Assembly: GCA_951406725.2 (NCBI GenBank)
Contig: OX597825.1
Coordinates: 77,190,001-77,254,000, forward strand
Direction: 5' to 3'
Length of the DNA stretch: 64,000 nt
Source of the DNA: Octopus vulgaris
Lineage: Eukaryota
The stretch's first letter is position 1, and every line of letters starts with the position of its first letter. Shown here in pieces: positions 1 through 13,317 of this stretch. The notes under the pieces were generated by a model. That model was not told the DNA's origin, did no database searches, and saw nothing but the letters and a program-made list of their open reading frames with translations. Both the position numbers and the translations under genes were made by a program.

Positions 1-228
1 TGAAATGGTTGGTATTCGCCAAATTCTATCGGGAATGCCCTAAATAACTTTATTCCTTTCAGATCAATGCATTTCCATGAAATTGTTGGTCCACATTATT
101 TCGCTCTCTGCTTTTGCTGTCAGAAAGCCGGTTATAAAGATTTCTTCCTATCAACCTTAATTATATTGATCAACACGAGATAACTATATCGTTTATAGAA
201 GGAATCGAAATATTCTTTGTGTGTATGT

Positions 229-263
<35 letters not shown>

Positions 264-313
264 CATATACATACATATATATATATGCATATATATACAT
301 ATATGTATGTATG

Positions 314-357
<44 letters not shown>

Positions 358-392
358 CATACATATATATATATACACACACACACACATAC

Positions 393-430
<38 letters not shown>

Positions 431-450
431 TAATATATATATATATATGT

Positions 451-614
451 ACGACAGGCTTCTTTTAGTTTCCCTCTATCAAACCCACTCAGAAGGCTTT
501 GGTCGGCACGCGGCTATAGTAGAAAACACTTGCTCATGTTGCCACCTAGGGAGACTGAACCCGGAACCATGTGGTTGGGAAGCAAGCTTCTTAACAGACA
601 GCCACGCCTGCACC
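451..614 (-). mobile_element. SINE family A, 5' part (tRNA-like head)
   Basis: Reverse complement matches the head of the full copy at 16646-17042. Confidence 0.85.
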
Positions 615-1099
615 AATATAAGCAGTTTTTAAACATGGAATGGCAATGGAGTTGGGGAGGGGGTCAAGAAACAAAAAATGGCTGATGACGTCTGGTCTAT
701 CCAATGAGTATTTTAGTTTCTTTTCTATGATTTTAGGAAAAATGAAATTTGACTGTTATTTCTAGCGTTCTCACAGAGGCGTCCATTTGCCTTCCAGAGA
801 TTTTACTTCAAGAGGAAACACGAAGAAATTTTCAATGAAGGTCTTCAGCAGTTTTATTCTATTAACAATGGTGAACAAAAAGAAGAGAAACGGTGTGGTG
901 GCGGCGGCGGCGGCGGTGGTGGGGATAGAGGTGGAGGTGGTGGTGGTGGACAAATGATTCTGTTCTGAAGATAAAACTTGAGAAAATTTGAATATTACAA
1001 AAAAAAAAAAAAATGCAAAAATTAAGGAAATTCAAAATTAAAGAAACAACAACAATAATAATAATAATAATAGTAAAAATAGTAAAAATAATAAAAAGC

Positions 1100-1458
1100 T
1101 ACAATGTCATCGCTACCACCATCACTCATCCTTATCATCGTTGTCGTCGTTGTCATCATCCTCAAACTCATCACCGCTAGCACCACCACCACCACCACAA
1201 CCATCAACACCACCACCTCCACCACCAACACCACCACCACCACCACAACCACCACCACCACCACCACCAACACCATTGTCATCATCATTATTATTACTCC
1301 CACTATCCCATAATCCTCTCCTCCTTATCATCACCACTCGTCATCGTCATCATCATCAACGTCATGATCACCTCAACCATCACCACCATCGCCACCACAA
1401 CCACCATCATCAACATCATCATCATCATCATCATCATCATCACCATCATCATCACCAA

Positions 1459-1525
<67 letters not shown>

Positions 1526-1666
1526 GTCGTCGTCTCAATCAATCATTGTAATTATTACCGTCGTCATCATCATCATCAACACCAGTCCCACCAGCACCGC
1601 CAACACCACCAACATCACCTTCATCACAATAATCAATCAATATCTTCATCAATATCTTGAGCATGG

Positions 1667-1703
<37 letters not shown>

Positions 1704-1740
1704 AACCATCATCATCATCACCATCATCACAGTCATCACC
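1100..1740. repeat. Mixed (CAT)n/(CAC)n/(GAT)n trinucleotide array
   Basis: Direct inspection; source of the poly-H/P/T ORFs. Confidence 0.95.
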
Positions 1741-2277
1741 GGTCGTGAGCCATCTAGTAAACGTTTCAACCTTCAGGCGCTGTCATCTCGAAGACGCAGA
1801 CTCATAGAAAAAGGAAAGCTTCTAACAGCTGTTATGGAAATCGCGCAAGATTGGAATAAATTAAAACCTTCCGGCATTATTAAAGAACCCACTTTATAGG
1901 CGTAGGTATGGCTGTCTCCATTAAGATTAAAAAAAAAAAAATTTAGCTTCGCAATCCCCCGGATTGTGAGTTCAGTCGTGTTGCTTTTCACGTTCATCAG
2001 TTGTGCCATTTTTTTTTTGTTTTCGTTTGTTCAACTTAAATTTTCTGGCTCATCAAGATTTCTTGTTCATCAAATTTGAAAAGGCTCGGATGGGAATGAA
2101 AAGGGCATTCCTGGAAATTCGTCTCGTCTGGTAGGTTTTATCGGTCTTTGGATAGTAGATTTTATGTTTGCGAGAGGCTTCCACGCACTTACCGACGACT
2201 AAATTCACTCACATGAGAATTCATAATATATATATATGCTATTTATAATATATATGCATACATACATATTTCGCTAT

Positions 2278-2797
2278 GATAGATCGCTAGCCACTATACC
2301 GTTTTCAAAATCTCTCGTGGAAGCGCCATCCAACCAAAATGCAAATATATGGGAAACTACCACCTGTGTCATCTCTTGTGAAAGGTAGGAGAGTCCAGTT
2401 TGCTGGACATTGTTGCAGAGCTGAAAAAGAAGTAATTTCTACTCTCCTCCTCTGGAAGCCATCTACTCGCAATACCAGTGGGCGCACACTCTCCTACCCT
2501 GATGTAATCTCCAGGGATACAGGCATCCAGCAACAGGACCTCCGTGATGCTATGATGGACCGTGAAGTCTGGCGTAACATAGTAAATTCCATTGTCTCGA
2601 CCACGGTCGAACAATAATAATAATAAATAATATACCGTTTTCTATTTTGTTTCCCTGGTTATTTCTGTGTTCCTTTCTGTCGAAGTGCATTGGCTCGAAA
2701 CGTAAAAGACTTTCTCACTTCCCGAGCGTTAAACTAATACATCTGTTTGTTGTTTTCACAGCCGCCTTCATCTTTTGTTTCTTTTGTAAATTCTCAC

Positions 2798-2800
<3 letters not shown>
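2278..2800 (+). mobile_element. Short dispersed repeat with hammerhead-like motif (Penelope-LTR/retrozyme-like), interrupted by an RTE insertion
   Basis: Homologous to 3140-3310, 11095-11275, 22432-22590 and 28940-29053; motif CTTT-CTGTCGA...GCTC-GAAACGTA-AAAG at 2673-2708. Confidence 0.75.
2307..2630 (+). mobile_element. 5'-truncated RTE-clade LINE 3' end with (TAA)n tail and 12-bp TSD
   Basis: ORF 2339-2617 (RRVQFAGHCCRA...DAMMDREVWR) resembles an RTE ORF C-terminus; TSD TATACCGTTTTC at 2295-2306 and 2631-2642. Confidence 0.85.
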
Positions 2801-2874
<74 letters not shown>

Positions 2875-3139
2875 GTATGTATTTATGTATGTATATATAT
2901 ATGTCCATTGACCATCATAGACAAGTGTGGATATCAGTGTCAGTATTTTTAGTCTTAAACATTCTCAAAATAAAAAAAATAAATCAACAACTATATTTGC
3001 ATGAGGAACAATGACAAACGGCTGCGAAACGGCCGTAATCATTAAGGTGGCAAGTGCCTAAATAAATATATTCATTCACCTCTCATACCTCCCGACGTTT
3101 CATGCTATATATATGTAAATCCATATATGGACATACATC

Positions 3140-3310
3140 TGTCTCATTTCCCATTCTGCTTATTTCTGTGTTCCTTCCTGTTGAAGAGTGGAGTGTAGGC
3201 TGGAAACGTAAAAGACTTTCTCACTTCCCGAGCGTTAAACTAATATATCTGTTTGTTGTTTACACACCCGTCTTTGTCTTTTGTCTTGTTTTTTGTAAAT
3301 TCCAACAATA
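3140..3310 (+). mobile_element. Hammerhead-like repeat, copy 2
   Basis: Near-identical to 2660-2800 downstream of GAAACGTAAAAGAC. Confidence 0.8.
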
Positions 3311-3445
3311 TATCTATAAATATGTCTGTCTGTATGTATATATATATGTATGCATGTATGTATGTATGTATGTATGTATGTATGTATGTATGTATGCATG
3401 TATGTGTGAATGTGTGTGAAGGTATGTATACATATGCAACATATA

Positions 3446-3592
3446 GTTTCTGCCTTCCAAAATCCACCCAAAATGCATCGATCATTTCGGAACTACAGTA
3501 GAAAACACTTGTTGCAATTGCCGCACTGTGGGACTGAACCCTACACCATATGATGACAATGCTAACATCTCAACCACAGAGCTTGTCTGCAC
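3446..3592 (-). mobile_element. Degenerate SINE A head
   Basis: agtagaaaacacttg...gtgggactgaacc matches family A. Confidence 0.7.
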
Positions 3593-3899
3593 TATACACA
3601 ATGTACGATAAATTTCAATTTACTGCTGACCTAAAAGGTTACTAAATTTTCATATCTAAAAAGAACCTCCTTTTGCCATATTTCTATATAGCATTAGATT
3701 TCAATTTATCATTAAACATATTTTTCGGTATCGAGGTTAAAATGGTTAAACGTTAGACAATCTATCACAAAACAGGGACCAAAATTCTATTCCCAACTGA
3801 AGAAATTATTATTATTATTTCAAAGATGGCTGCCGGAGAAATATTTTAATTTTGTCTTTTCATATCTTTTTAAGTAGAACTAAATTCATGGTAAAATGC

Positions 3900-3931
<32 letters not shown>

Positions 3932-4029
3932 ATGGCGGCGGTGGTGGTGGTGGTGGTGGCGGGTATTGTAACAGCAGTTATAGTAGTAATGACAATAGCA
4001 AAACGTTGTTAGCAGTAATATCACTTATA

Positions 4030-4227
4030 GATTTCAAACTTTGGCGCTGAAACAGTAGTTTGGGGTAGAGAAAGTAAATCGATTAAAGAGACCCCGGTGA
4101 TAACTTGGTACTTAATTTATCGACTTGGAAACGAGGAAAGGCAAAATAAATCTGGTGGGATTTGAACTCAGAACGTGAAGACAGACGAAATGCTGCTAAG
4201 CGTTTCGCCCGGTAGATCGCTGCCTTA
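4030..4227 (-). mobile_element. SINE family B, degenerate
   Basis: ggtacttaatttatcgac...gaaaggcaaa...atttgaactcagaacgt matches 21248-21481. Confidence 0.8.
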
Positions 4228-4331
4228 ATCTGTTTTAGTACTAGTAATTGTTAAACAATAGCGCCGTGTATATGTATGCATCTATGAACACACATACATA
4301 AATTAAATACATGTATGTGTATATATATATA

Positions 4332-4421
4332 TCACGTGTTCACGTGATCGACCAGGCTATCAGATGTTGCTACACATCGCTGGTCACAATGCGCCTCGCA
4401 TTGTTTTAGCCTTCAAATGAC
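4332..4421. mobile_element. Dispersed repeat fragment (family E) abutting (TA)n
   Basis: Second copy at 28000-28118 shares atcagatgttg.tacacatcgctggtcacaatgcg. Confidence 0.75.
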
Positions 4422-4507
4422 TCGACGTAATACACAACACATCCAAGTTAGGTTGGATGCACCAATTAATATTCGTTACAAACGCTTTTTATGTCACCAG
4501 TATCAAA

Positions 4508-4542
<35 letters not shown>

Positions 4543-4630
4543 GTACATACATATATATATATTTATACATATATATATATGTATGTACATACATATGTGC
4601 ATATATATATGCACATATGTATATATATGC

Positions 4631-4661
<31 letters not shown>

Positions 4662-4741
4662 ATCCAAACAAGGAAGCACAAAAGAACACAACAACGCGAG
4701 AACGTGGAACAAATATAGTATTACATTTGTATATTTGTGTA

Positions 4742-4797
<56 letters not shown>

Positions 4798-4871
4798 TAT
4801 AAATATATGTATATATATATATGTTCGTATATATACATATCTATATATAGAGAGAGATTTATATATGTAGG

Positions 4872-4940
<69 letters not shown>

Positions 4941-5339
4941 TATATTATACAGATTTATCTCTGGCACATGATATATTAACTATAGTTTCTTCACTACATT
5001 AAATCTAATCTACAAGATGTATATAAATTAAAACATACCACTCCCTACCTACCACCATCCAAGCTATATATATATTCATCAATGTGAATATTTCTTACTT
5101 TGTTGGTGTTTCCGTTTCAATATCCCGCCAGGTTATTGATGTTCTTGCAGTTGTTGTTGTTGTCGTCAACGACTTTGTTGTTGTTATTGTTCTGGATCCT
5201 TTTTTCTTCGCTTTCTTGTTTTGGTCTTAGCATTCATCTTCATAAATATTTTCGCGACATGTTTCTCGATGTATACATACATACATTTATATATGCAAAG
5301 TAAATTATGTGTTTCAGCGTCTGTCTGTCTGTCTGTCTA

Positions 5340-5452
<113 letters not shown>

Positions 5453-5604
5453 GTACACACATATATATATATATAAATATATATATACATAAATATATAT
5501 ATATATACATATCTATCTATCTATCTATATGTACATATATATATCTATATATTTATATAGATATATATATTTATATATATATACATATATATGTATTTAT
5601 ATAT

Positions 5605-5689
<85 letters not shown>

Positions 5690-6889
5690 CTTAGATAAAA
5701 CTTAGATATGTTTCGACCAATGATTGGTCCAGGACATGTCTAACTTAATATCTATGTATATATATATATACATACACAGATATTTATGTTCATACATATC
5801 TATGCTTACACCACCACCACACAGACAGAGAAACATACACACACACACACACACATATATATACACATATAGACGTAACACATTCACACATATACACACA
5901 CACACATATACACACTCACCCATACACATTCGAAATCAGTCGTCACCTGATATGTTATAAAACAAACATACATTTCACTTCCACTCTTGTATCGTAAAGA
6001 TTTATGGAGATCAGGGGGGAAATAAATATATTACAACATTCTTCAATTTATTTCGATTTTTCTAATATTTTACAATTCCCCGTGTTCCCTCCTCCTCCTC
6101 TTAATTTTCTTTTCTTTTGCAACAAAGAACAAAATTAAATTAAGAAAAACCACCAATATTTGACTTGGCATCGTTTCCGTTGTACAATTTATGAAACTTC
6201 TTTACTTTTGCCGCCCTTAAATGCTTGAGGGAGATTTTGCAATTAATACTAGTAAACTTCCTTATATCAAAATGACTGTCTCTATAACCTTCAAGTATAA
6301 AGTACTTTGTCGGTTGTAGTATTGGTGTCACTATGTCTCCCTTCGTATTTATCAGACTTACTCAGAGAATTCATAAATTTGCATATTTTCCAATTTAAAT
6401 TGATTCCTTAAATGGATATGAAATTAGAATACAGTCTCCCTGACCGGTAACTTCGTCGATAAAATGTTTCTTCATTTTCTATGTTTATCAAGTCTGCAAT
6501 ATGTGAGTCTTACTGTCTTTTAATCAATCGGTAAAGCAGTACTCATGAACTTTGACCCAGACTCCAAGACTGGACGGAGGGTGGGGAAAAAGGAGGATAT
6601 CCTCAAACGGGAGACTTGACCTGAGTGCTTGAAATAGGTTCAACTTCATTAAAGGTACCGAGGTGTCACGTATTCACGTTAAACCAGCTGACGTATTAAG
6701 TTTATACCCCAAGTAAGTTATAGCGTGATTTGAACTCAGAACGCAAAAGGTGGAACAAATACTGCAATGCATCCACCCTGAAACGTAATTTTGCCGACTC
6801 CATTACTAAGGACCAACCGCTGTATGTGTGTACGTATATCAATACACATGTATGTATTTGCATATATGTGTTTATACATCTATATCTAA

Positions 6890-7430
<541 letters not shown>

Positions 7431-7569
7431 GTCAGGTTTTTCCTTTTAAGTCCTGCTTTTCACCAACGACCTGACCATGCAACAGGCTGTACTGGATTCC
7501 AGAAGAAATGCCACTAATTATCTTCCCCGGCGCGCTACGATTCTGCCAGCTCACTGCCTTCGTATTGAT

Positions 7570-8240
7570 ATAGGTATTAAGAATTGATATGCTTCGTGAA
7601 TTGGGCTCAGATTATTCTGATTCCCAGATGCTACCGCAGAAGGAATCCTCATTTCTTTGGTCACTATGTAGTTCTAAACTGGTTTCAATGCAAGGCCACT
7701 GCAAAGAAGAATGGATTTGTCAGGTTTGGGGCAACTCCAAGTATAGAGGAGAGCAAACCGAAATTCTTAATGCTTTTAGAAAGCAACTGTCAGAGGAAAG
7801 TAAAATCTTTGAAAAATCAAAGAATGAAACGAAAAGGAAACAAAACTAATTTCTGGATCTTTTTGTGACAGTTGAAATATTTTGGTTTTGTTTGTAGGTG
7901 TTCTTGAAGCTTCTGTTAACCAATAAAAATATTAAGGATGTGTTGTATATTTTGGACAGCTGTGGTAACGCTAATTCAAACTGGTTTCAGAAAGTCCTCT
8001 GAGACGATGTTCAAGTGTATATTGCCTTAGCAGTGCGGATGAGATATTCTGTCCTAAGTGTATTTCAGTAACTGTGAACGAACAACACATTATTATAAGG
8101 TGAGCTCGTGCAGTGTGAACAATCAATTACTAGTGTGGAATAATCAAAGCTGCTGGAGAGAGGATTACTTCCCAAACTGCAAACATTATTTCCTGGAGAA
8201 AAAAAGTGCAACCGAAGAAGAAAAAGAAAAAGTCACCTTA
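7570..8240 (+). pseudogene. Possible decayed pogo-like transposase C-terminus with PHD-like Cys cluster
   Basis: KATAKKNGFVRFGATP resembles pogo (N..GF...G..P); a Lys-rich linker follows, then NWFQ and IFCPKC across frameshifts. Confidence 0.35.
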
Positions 8241-8372
8241 TTTTTCACCAAGATTCCTTTACTTTGACCCTAACGCAAAGGCAGGACGAAAAAATATAGA
8301 TAAATAAAAGGTAGTTAAATAAATTAACTTCTGGCGAGTTTAGAGTTCAAATAGGATTTCCACACAAAATAT

Positions 8373-8540
8373 GTGGCGTGGCTGTCACTTTAAGAAGTTT
8401 GCTTCGCAACTGTGTGGCCTTCGGTTCAATCCTGCTGTATAGAACCTTGGAGAAGTATCCTCTGCTATAGCCCCTGGGATGGCAAACGTTTTGAGAGCCG
8501 ATTTCGTTGACAGAAACTGTAAGAAGCCCGTCGTGTATAC
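8373..8540 (+). mobile_element. Degenerate SINE A 5' part
   Basis: gaaactgtaagaagcccgtcg followed by a TA/TG tract, as in family A. Confidence 0.75.
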
Positions 8541-9012
8541 GTATATCTTTATGTGTGTGTTTGTGTGCGTGTGAGTGTGTGTGAGCCTGGACTCCAGTTT
8601 GTTGCCCGGTCTTCTAAAAGAGTGGTACATTATGATTAGAATCAGTTCTACCAAGCATAATCTTATTCAAACAAGTTTTCTTCGTTCCGATAACAAAAAT
8701 GTAAATTAAGTTGATATCAATACATGATAGTTGACTTATCTAGCCAACCAGCCAACATTTGTATATTCGTGCATACCGAAACCATTTGCAAAGAATGTAG
8801 ATCACTGTCGGCAGCAGACAGCAATCACTGAAATGCATGTGAGGCGAATAAAGACAAGCCTGTTATGCTACAGTTAACCGTACTTTCGTCTTAGAGCTAT
8901 ACTTCTATAATAATTAATTCACCGCAAACGCGACACTGGATGGCTTAGGCTGGAAGTGATTACTTTTGTTATATTAGCAAATTTACACTACACGTATTCA
9001 TACATTTCTCCC

Positions 9013-9065
<53 letters not shown>

Positions 9066-9503
9066 ATCTATATCTCTATCTCTGTCCCTCTTCGTCCTTG
9101 TGTGCTCACTGGCCGCTGTCATGTCCACTACCAACTTTGTTTCCATGAATTTCTACGGACGCATCTACATGAATTATATGAGAGTATATATATGAACACA
9201 GATTGGATCGATTGAAATTACAAACAACGGGAGAGAAACTTCTCGAATATTCAAAGTATGGTTTGCAAAATATTTGCAAAGACTTCAGTTCAATTATTAC
9301 GTTGATGGGTCTCCATATCTTCTCAATTTCACTTTCTCTTTACATATACGCGCGCACAAAAGCGAAGACACAGACAATCAATGCACACACAAATACACTC
9401 TCAATATGTATGTATAAGCATATTATATATGCATATAGGAATGTGTGTTTATATATATATATATATATATATCGTTTCCGCATCTATTGTCCTACATACA
9501 TAC

Positions 9504-9546
<43 letters not shown>

Positions 9547-9556
9547 TCTCTCTCTG

Positions 9557-9600
<44 letters not shown>

Positions 9601-9619
9601 ATCCAAGAAAAAGACATAG

Positions 9620-9797
9620 GGACCGATGCAGCTTGGCACCAGTGACGTCGCAACTCATTTCTACAGCTGAGTGATCTGGAGCAACGTGAAATAAAGTGTC
9701 TTGCTCAAGAACGCAACACGCAGCCCGGTCCGGGAATCGAACTCACAACCTCACGATCGTAAGCGCGACGCTCTAATCACTGAGTCATGCGCCTTCA
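9620..9797 (-). mobile_element. tRNA-derived SINE family D
   Basis: Minus strand has an A-box-like TGACTCAGTGATT and B box GTTCGATTCC, then ttcttgagcaagacacttt body. Confidence 0.8.
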
Positions 9798-9816
9798 TTT
9801 TATATATATATATATA

Positions 9817-10088
9817 TTACTCATTTACTTGTTTCAGTCATTTGACTGTGGCCATGCTGGAGCACTGCCTTTAGTCGAGCAAATCGACCCTAGAACTTAT
9901 ATTTTGTAAGCCTAGTTCTTATTCTATCGGTCTCTTTTGCCGAACCGCTAAATTACGGGGACGTAAACACACCAGGATCGGTTGTCAAGGCTATAGTAGA
10001 AGACACTTACCAAAGGTACCTCGCAGTCGGACTGAACCCGGAACCATGTGGTTGGTAAGGAAGCTACTTGCAACACAGCCACTCCTGC

Positions 10089-10089
<1 letters not shown>
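9817..10089 (-). mobile_element. SINE A with central deletion (internal microsatellite absent)
   Basis: Junction gttgtcaag|gctatagtagaagac fuses the 3' half to the head. Confidence 0.85.
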
Positions 10090-10147
<58 letters not shown>

Positions 10148-10156
10148 AACATATAC

Positions 10157-10241
<85 letters not shown>

Positions 10242-10652
10242 TCTGTTTGTAATGAGGCCTGAGCAACTTATAACACAAAATGGAAATATTTTACGGGGAG
10301 AATAAAGTGGTTAATTCGGTTAATCTCGCTAAACGTGCATTTTACTTAAAGCATTGACCGAATAATGCTAAACAAATAATTCCAAACTGCTGAAAGACTG
10401 TTAAAACACTACTAACGCATTTTAAAACCTGCTTTCTTTAAAGTACCATTCAAAGGAGACTAATTCTACAACAGCATAACTAATCTGCTACTATAGAGAA
10501 CAGCATTATTTGGTCACTGCGTCTCTATACAACACTAACGTAAAGGCTTTCTAAAGCGATTTCCTATGAACATTACTTCCGTAGTCGTATTCCAAGAAAA
10601 ATATTGCTACAGAAGTAAATTGAAGAATTTACACCCATTATACGGAATAATT

Positions 10653-10751
10653 CACACAAAAGTACACACAAAAAGTTCACACAAAAGTACATACACAAAA
10701 GTACACACACAAAAGTACACACAAAAAGTTCACACAAAAGTACATACACAA

Positions 10752-10756
<5 letters not shown>
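10653..10756. repeat. Minisatellite of CACACAAAAGTA-type units with a 53-bp higher-order repeat x2
   Basis: Unit pattern of 12/13/12/14 bp repeats twice. Confidence 0.85.
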
Positions 10757-10791
<35 letters not shown>

Positions 10792-10817
10792 CACTCACAC
10801 ACATATATACGTATACA

Positions 10818-11028
10818 CGGGGAGGTGCTGAAAAGTTCTCACCTTTACGGGTGTCGTGAAAGGCCTAGCTGGAGTTCCAGCCTTCCGAGTTCTTTTACGG
10901 GGCTTATGAAGGTGCACTGCAATAAATGTGTGAATCTGAGAGGTGAATGTATTGAATAATATTATAATTATGTGATCCTCCTCTGTTTTTATTTTTACCC
11001 AAAGCCAGGAACTTTTCATCACCCCTCG
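10818..11028. mobile_element. Mariner-type MITE
   Basis: Imperfect TIRs cggggaggtgctgaaaagttc / gaacttttcatcacccctcg, followed by TA. Confidence 0.7.
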
Positions 11029-11094
11029 TATGACAACTCTATTAAAGAATGTGCTCCAAAGAAAGCTAGACAATGTCATAAGGGCAAGACTCGA

Positions 11095-11275
11095 AGAAAA
11101 TCACGAAAAAAGCAAAAGACGAAGACAGTTGGTGTAGACAGCAAACAGATGTATTAGTATAACGCTCGGGAAGTGAAAAGTCTTTAACGTTTCGAGCCTA
11201 CGCTCTTCAACAGAAAGGAACACAGAAAGAAACAAGGAGAAAAAATAAAGAATGTGTAGTGGCTAGCGATCTAAT
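11095..11275 (-). mobile_element. Hammerhead-like repeat, copy 3
   Basis: Reverse complement of 11182-11217 is CTTT CTGTTGA A GAGC GTAG GCTC GAAA CGTT AAAG. Confidence 0.8.
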
Positions 11276-11695
11276 ACATTTATGTTGTAAACAAACTCAT
11301 AAGCGCATAATGTGTCGGTTTTCTACAGAAAATAAAGGATTTCTCGAACGCTTAGAAAATCGGGCAAATACCCTTTCGAAGATGAAAAAAAGTGGCCATA
11401 AAAACTCTACAGGGATTCGAAAGCTGTAACTCGGAAATTTCGGGTGTGCGGTCCGTACTATCAAACTAAGGGACCCCTGTAAACAATTATTGTTTATTTA
11501 TTATGTTAGAACATTTTGTAAGCGAACTGATAAACGCCAAATGTGTCGGCATTTTACAGAAAATAAAGGAATTCTCGAACCCAGGATGGCTGTGGAGACA
11601 AATGGCCACATTTTACCGTCTTCTAAAGGGTATTTACCTGATTTTCTAAGCTGTCTTCACAGCCGTCCTACGTTCAAAAATCTTTATTTTCTGCA

Positions 11696-11770
<75 letters not shown>

Positions 11771-12342
11771 CATGCATACATATAGATACAGAAAGGCGGT
11801 GAGAGAGAGAGGCATATTTAGTTTTATATGTTATATTATTTCTTTCTTCATAAACTCTGCAGTTTCTAGTTTGGTGAAGTAGTTCTTTACATGATGGGAA
11901 TCGATTTTTTTTCTTTTACTTTTAATAACGGACGCCATCTTTATTCTTTCAATGCGTTTTTCTCATATCCACTCCACCATCACAACCACAGCCACTACAG
12001 CCAGCACGATCTCCAACTCCACCTGCACCACCACCACCACCAAAACCATCACCAACACCACCACCACCACCACCACCCCCATCATCATCATAATCAGTCT
12101 TTACCAGATGATTGCTCTGCATGTGGTAGACGAATCCTATATTCTGAAATGACAAGAATAGTCTTTTTCGTTCTTTTTATTTTATGCGTCAAAAAGCAAG
12201 AAAATTTAAACAAAATATTCTAAAGATAATCCAGTGTGTGTTGTAATTATAAACATAAAGCATTATTGCGTTTCTTCTAAAGTGAATGCTATAAAAAGTA
12301 ATCTTTATAACTTTAAAAACGATAAACCTTTCTGTGAAAGGT

Positions 12343-12653
12343 TTGTTGTTGTTTGTTACTTCTCGAGCCATGCCTGACTCATAAGGGCCAGATTCCCAGT
12401 TTCCTTGGCATATAGGTTCCATAGGATCGGACGCCGGTCCGTCGCAGGTGAGCTGCAAGATGCTGGAGGAAAGAGTGAGAGAAAGTTGTGGCGAAAGAGT
12501 CAGCAGAAGTTCACCATTACCTTCTGCTGGAGCCGCGTGGAGCTTAGGTGTTTCGGGTGTTTCGCTCATAAACACATATCGCCCGGTCTGAAATTCGAAC
12601 CCGCGATCCCTCGACTGCGAGTCCGCTCTAACCACTAGGCCATGTGCCTCCAC
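12343..12653 (-). mobile_element. Full-length tRNA-derived SINE family C with 13-bp TSD
   Basis: A box TGGCCTAGTGG, B box GGTTCGAATTTC, (CAA)n-like tail; TSD TTCTGTGAAAGGT at 12330-12342 and 12654-12666. Confidence 0.9.
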
Positions 12654-12666
12654 TTCTGTGAAAGGT

Positions 12667-12863
12667 AGAGAGCTTGAATTTTAGGGGAGGCGGGTAAGTC
12701 AATAACATCGGATCCAGTGCTTAACAGTTACTTATTTCATCGACCCCGAAAGGATGAAAAGTAAAGGCATTCTCACTGGAATTTGAAACCAGAAAGCAGT
12801 GACGGGCGAAATACTGCTAAGCATTTTGTTCACCGTGCTAAAGTTTCGGACAGCTCGCCGCCT
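12667..12863 (-). mobile_element. SINE B whose 3' end hosts the family C insertion
   Basis: atcgaccccgaaaggatgaaa...atttgaa...cgaaatactgctaagcattt...cagctcgccgcc. Confidence 0.85.
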
Positions 12864-12909
12864 CTATTCTTTGTCATTTCTTTATCTTTAGCATGCTGCA
12901 CAGTATATT

Positions 12910-13303
12910 CTCTTACTCTTATACGTGTTTCAGTCAACTGACTGCGGCCATACAGGAGCACCGTCTTTAGTCGATCAAATCGACCCCGGGACTTATTCTT
13001 TGTAAGCCCAGTACTTATTCTATCGGTCTCTTTTGCCGAACAGCTAAGTGACGGGGACGTAAACACACCAGCATCGGTTGTCAAGCAATGCTAGGGAGAC
13101 AAACACAGACACACAAACACACACACACATATATATATATACATATATACGACAGGCTTCTTTCTGTTTCCGTCTACCAAATCCACTCACAAGGCATTGG
13201 TCGGCCCGGGGCTATAGCAGAAGACACTTGTCCAAGGTGCCTCGCAGTGGGACTGAACCCGCAACCATGTGGTTGGTTAGAAAGCTACTTACCACACAGC
13301 CAC
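12910..13303 (-). mobile_element. SINE A, near full length
   Basis: High similarity to the reverse complement of 16646-17042. Confidence 0.92.
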
Positions 13304-13317
13304 TATATATATATATG

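Noticed and set aside
1141-1551. Poly-Pro/His ORF
   Set aside because: Pure trinucleotide repeat that is open in several frames; no splice or complexity support
1980-2003. Minus-strand CTGATGA-ACGT-GAAA as a hammerhead
   Set aside because: No stem III, NUH site or stem I pairing
10653-10756. CRISPR-like array
   Set aside because: Tandem units without unique spacers; eukaryotic context; no cas genes
12580-12653. tRNA gene
   Set aside because: tRNA-like head of a TSD-flanked SINE; no complete cloverleaf or terminator. The same applies to 9730-9797
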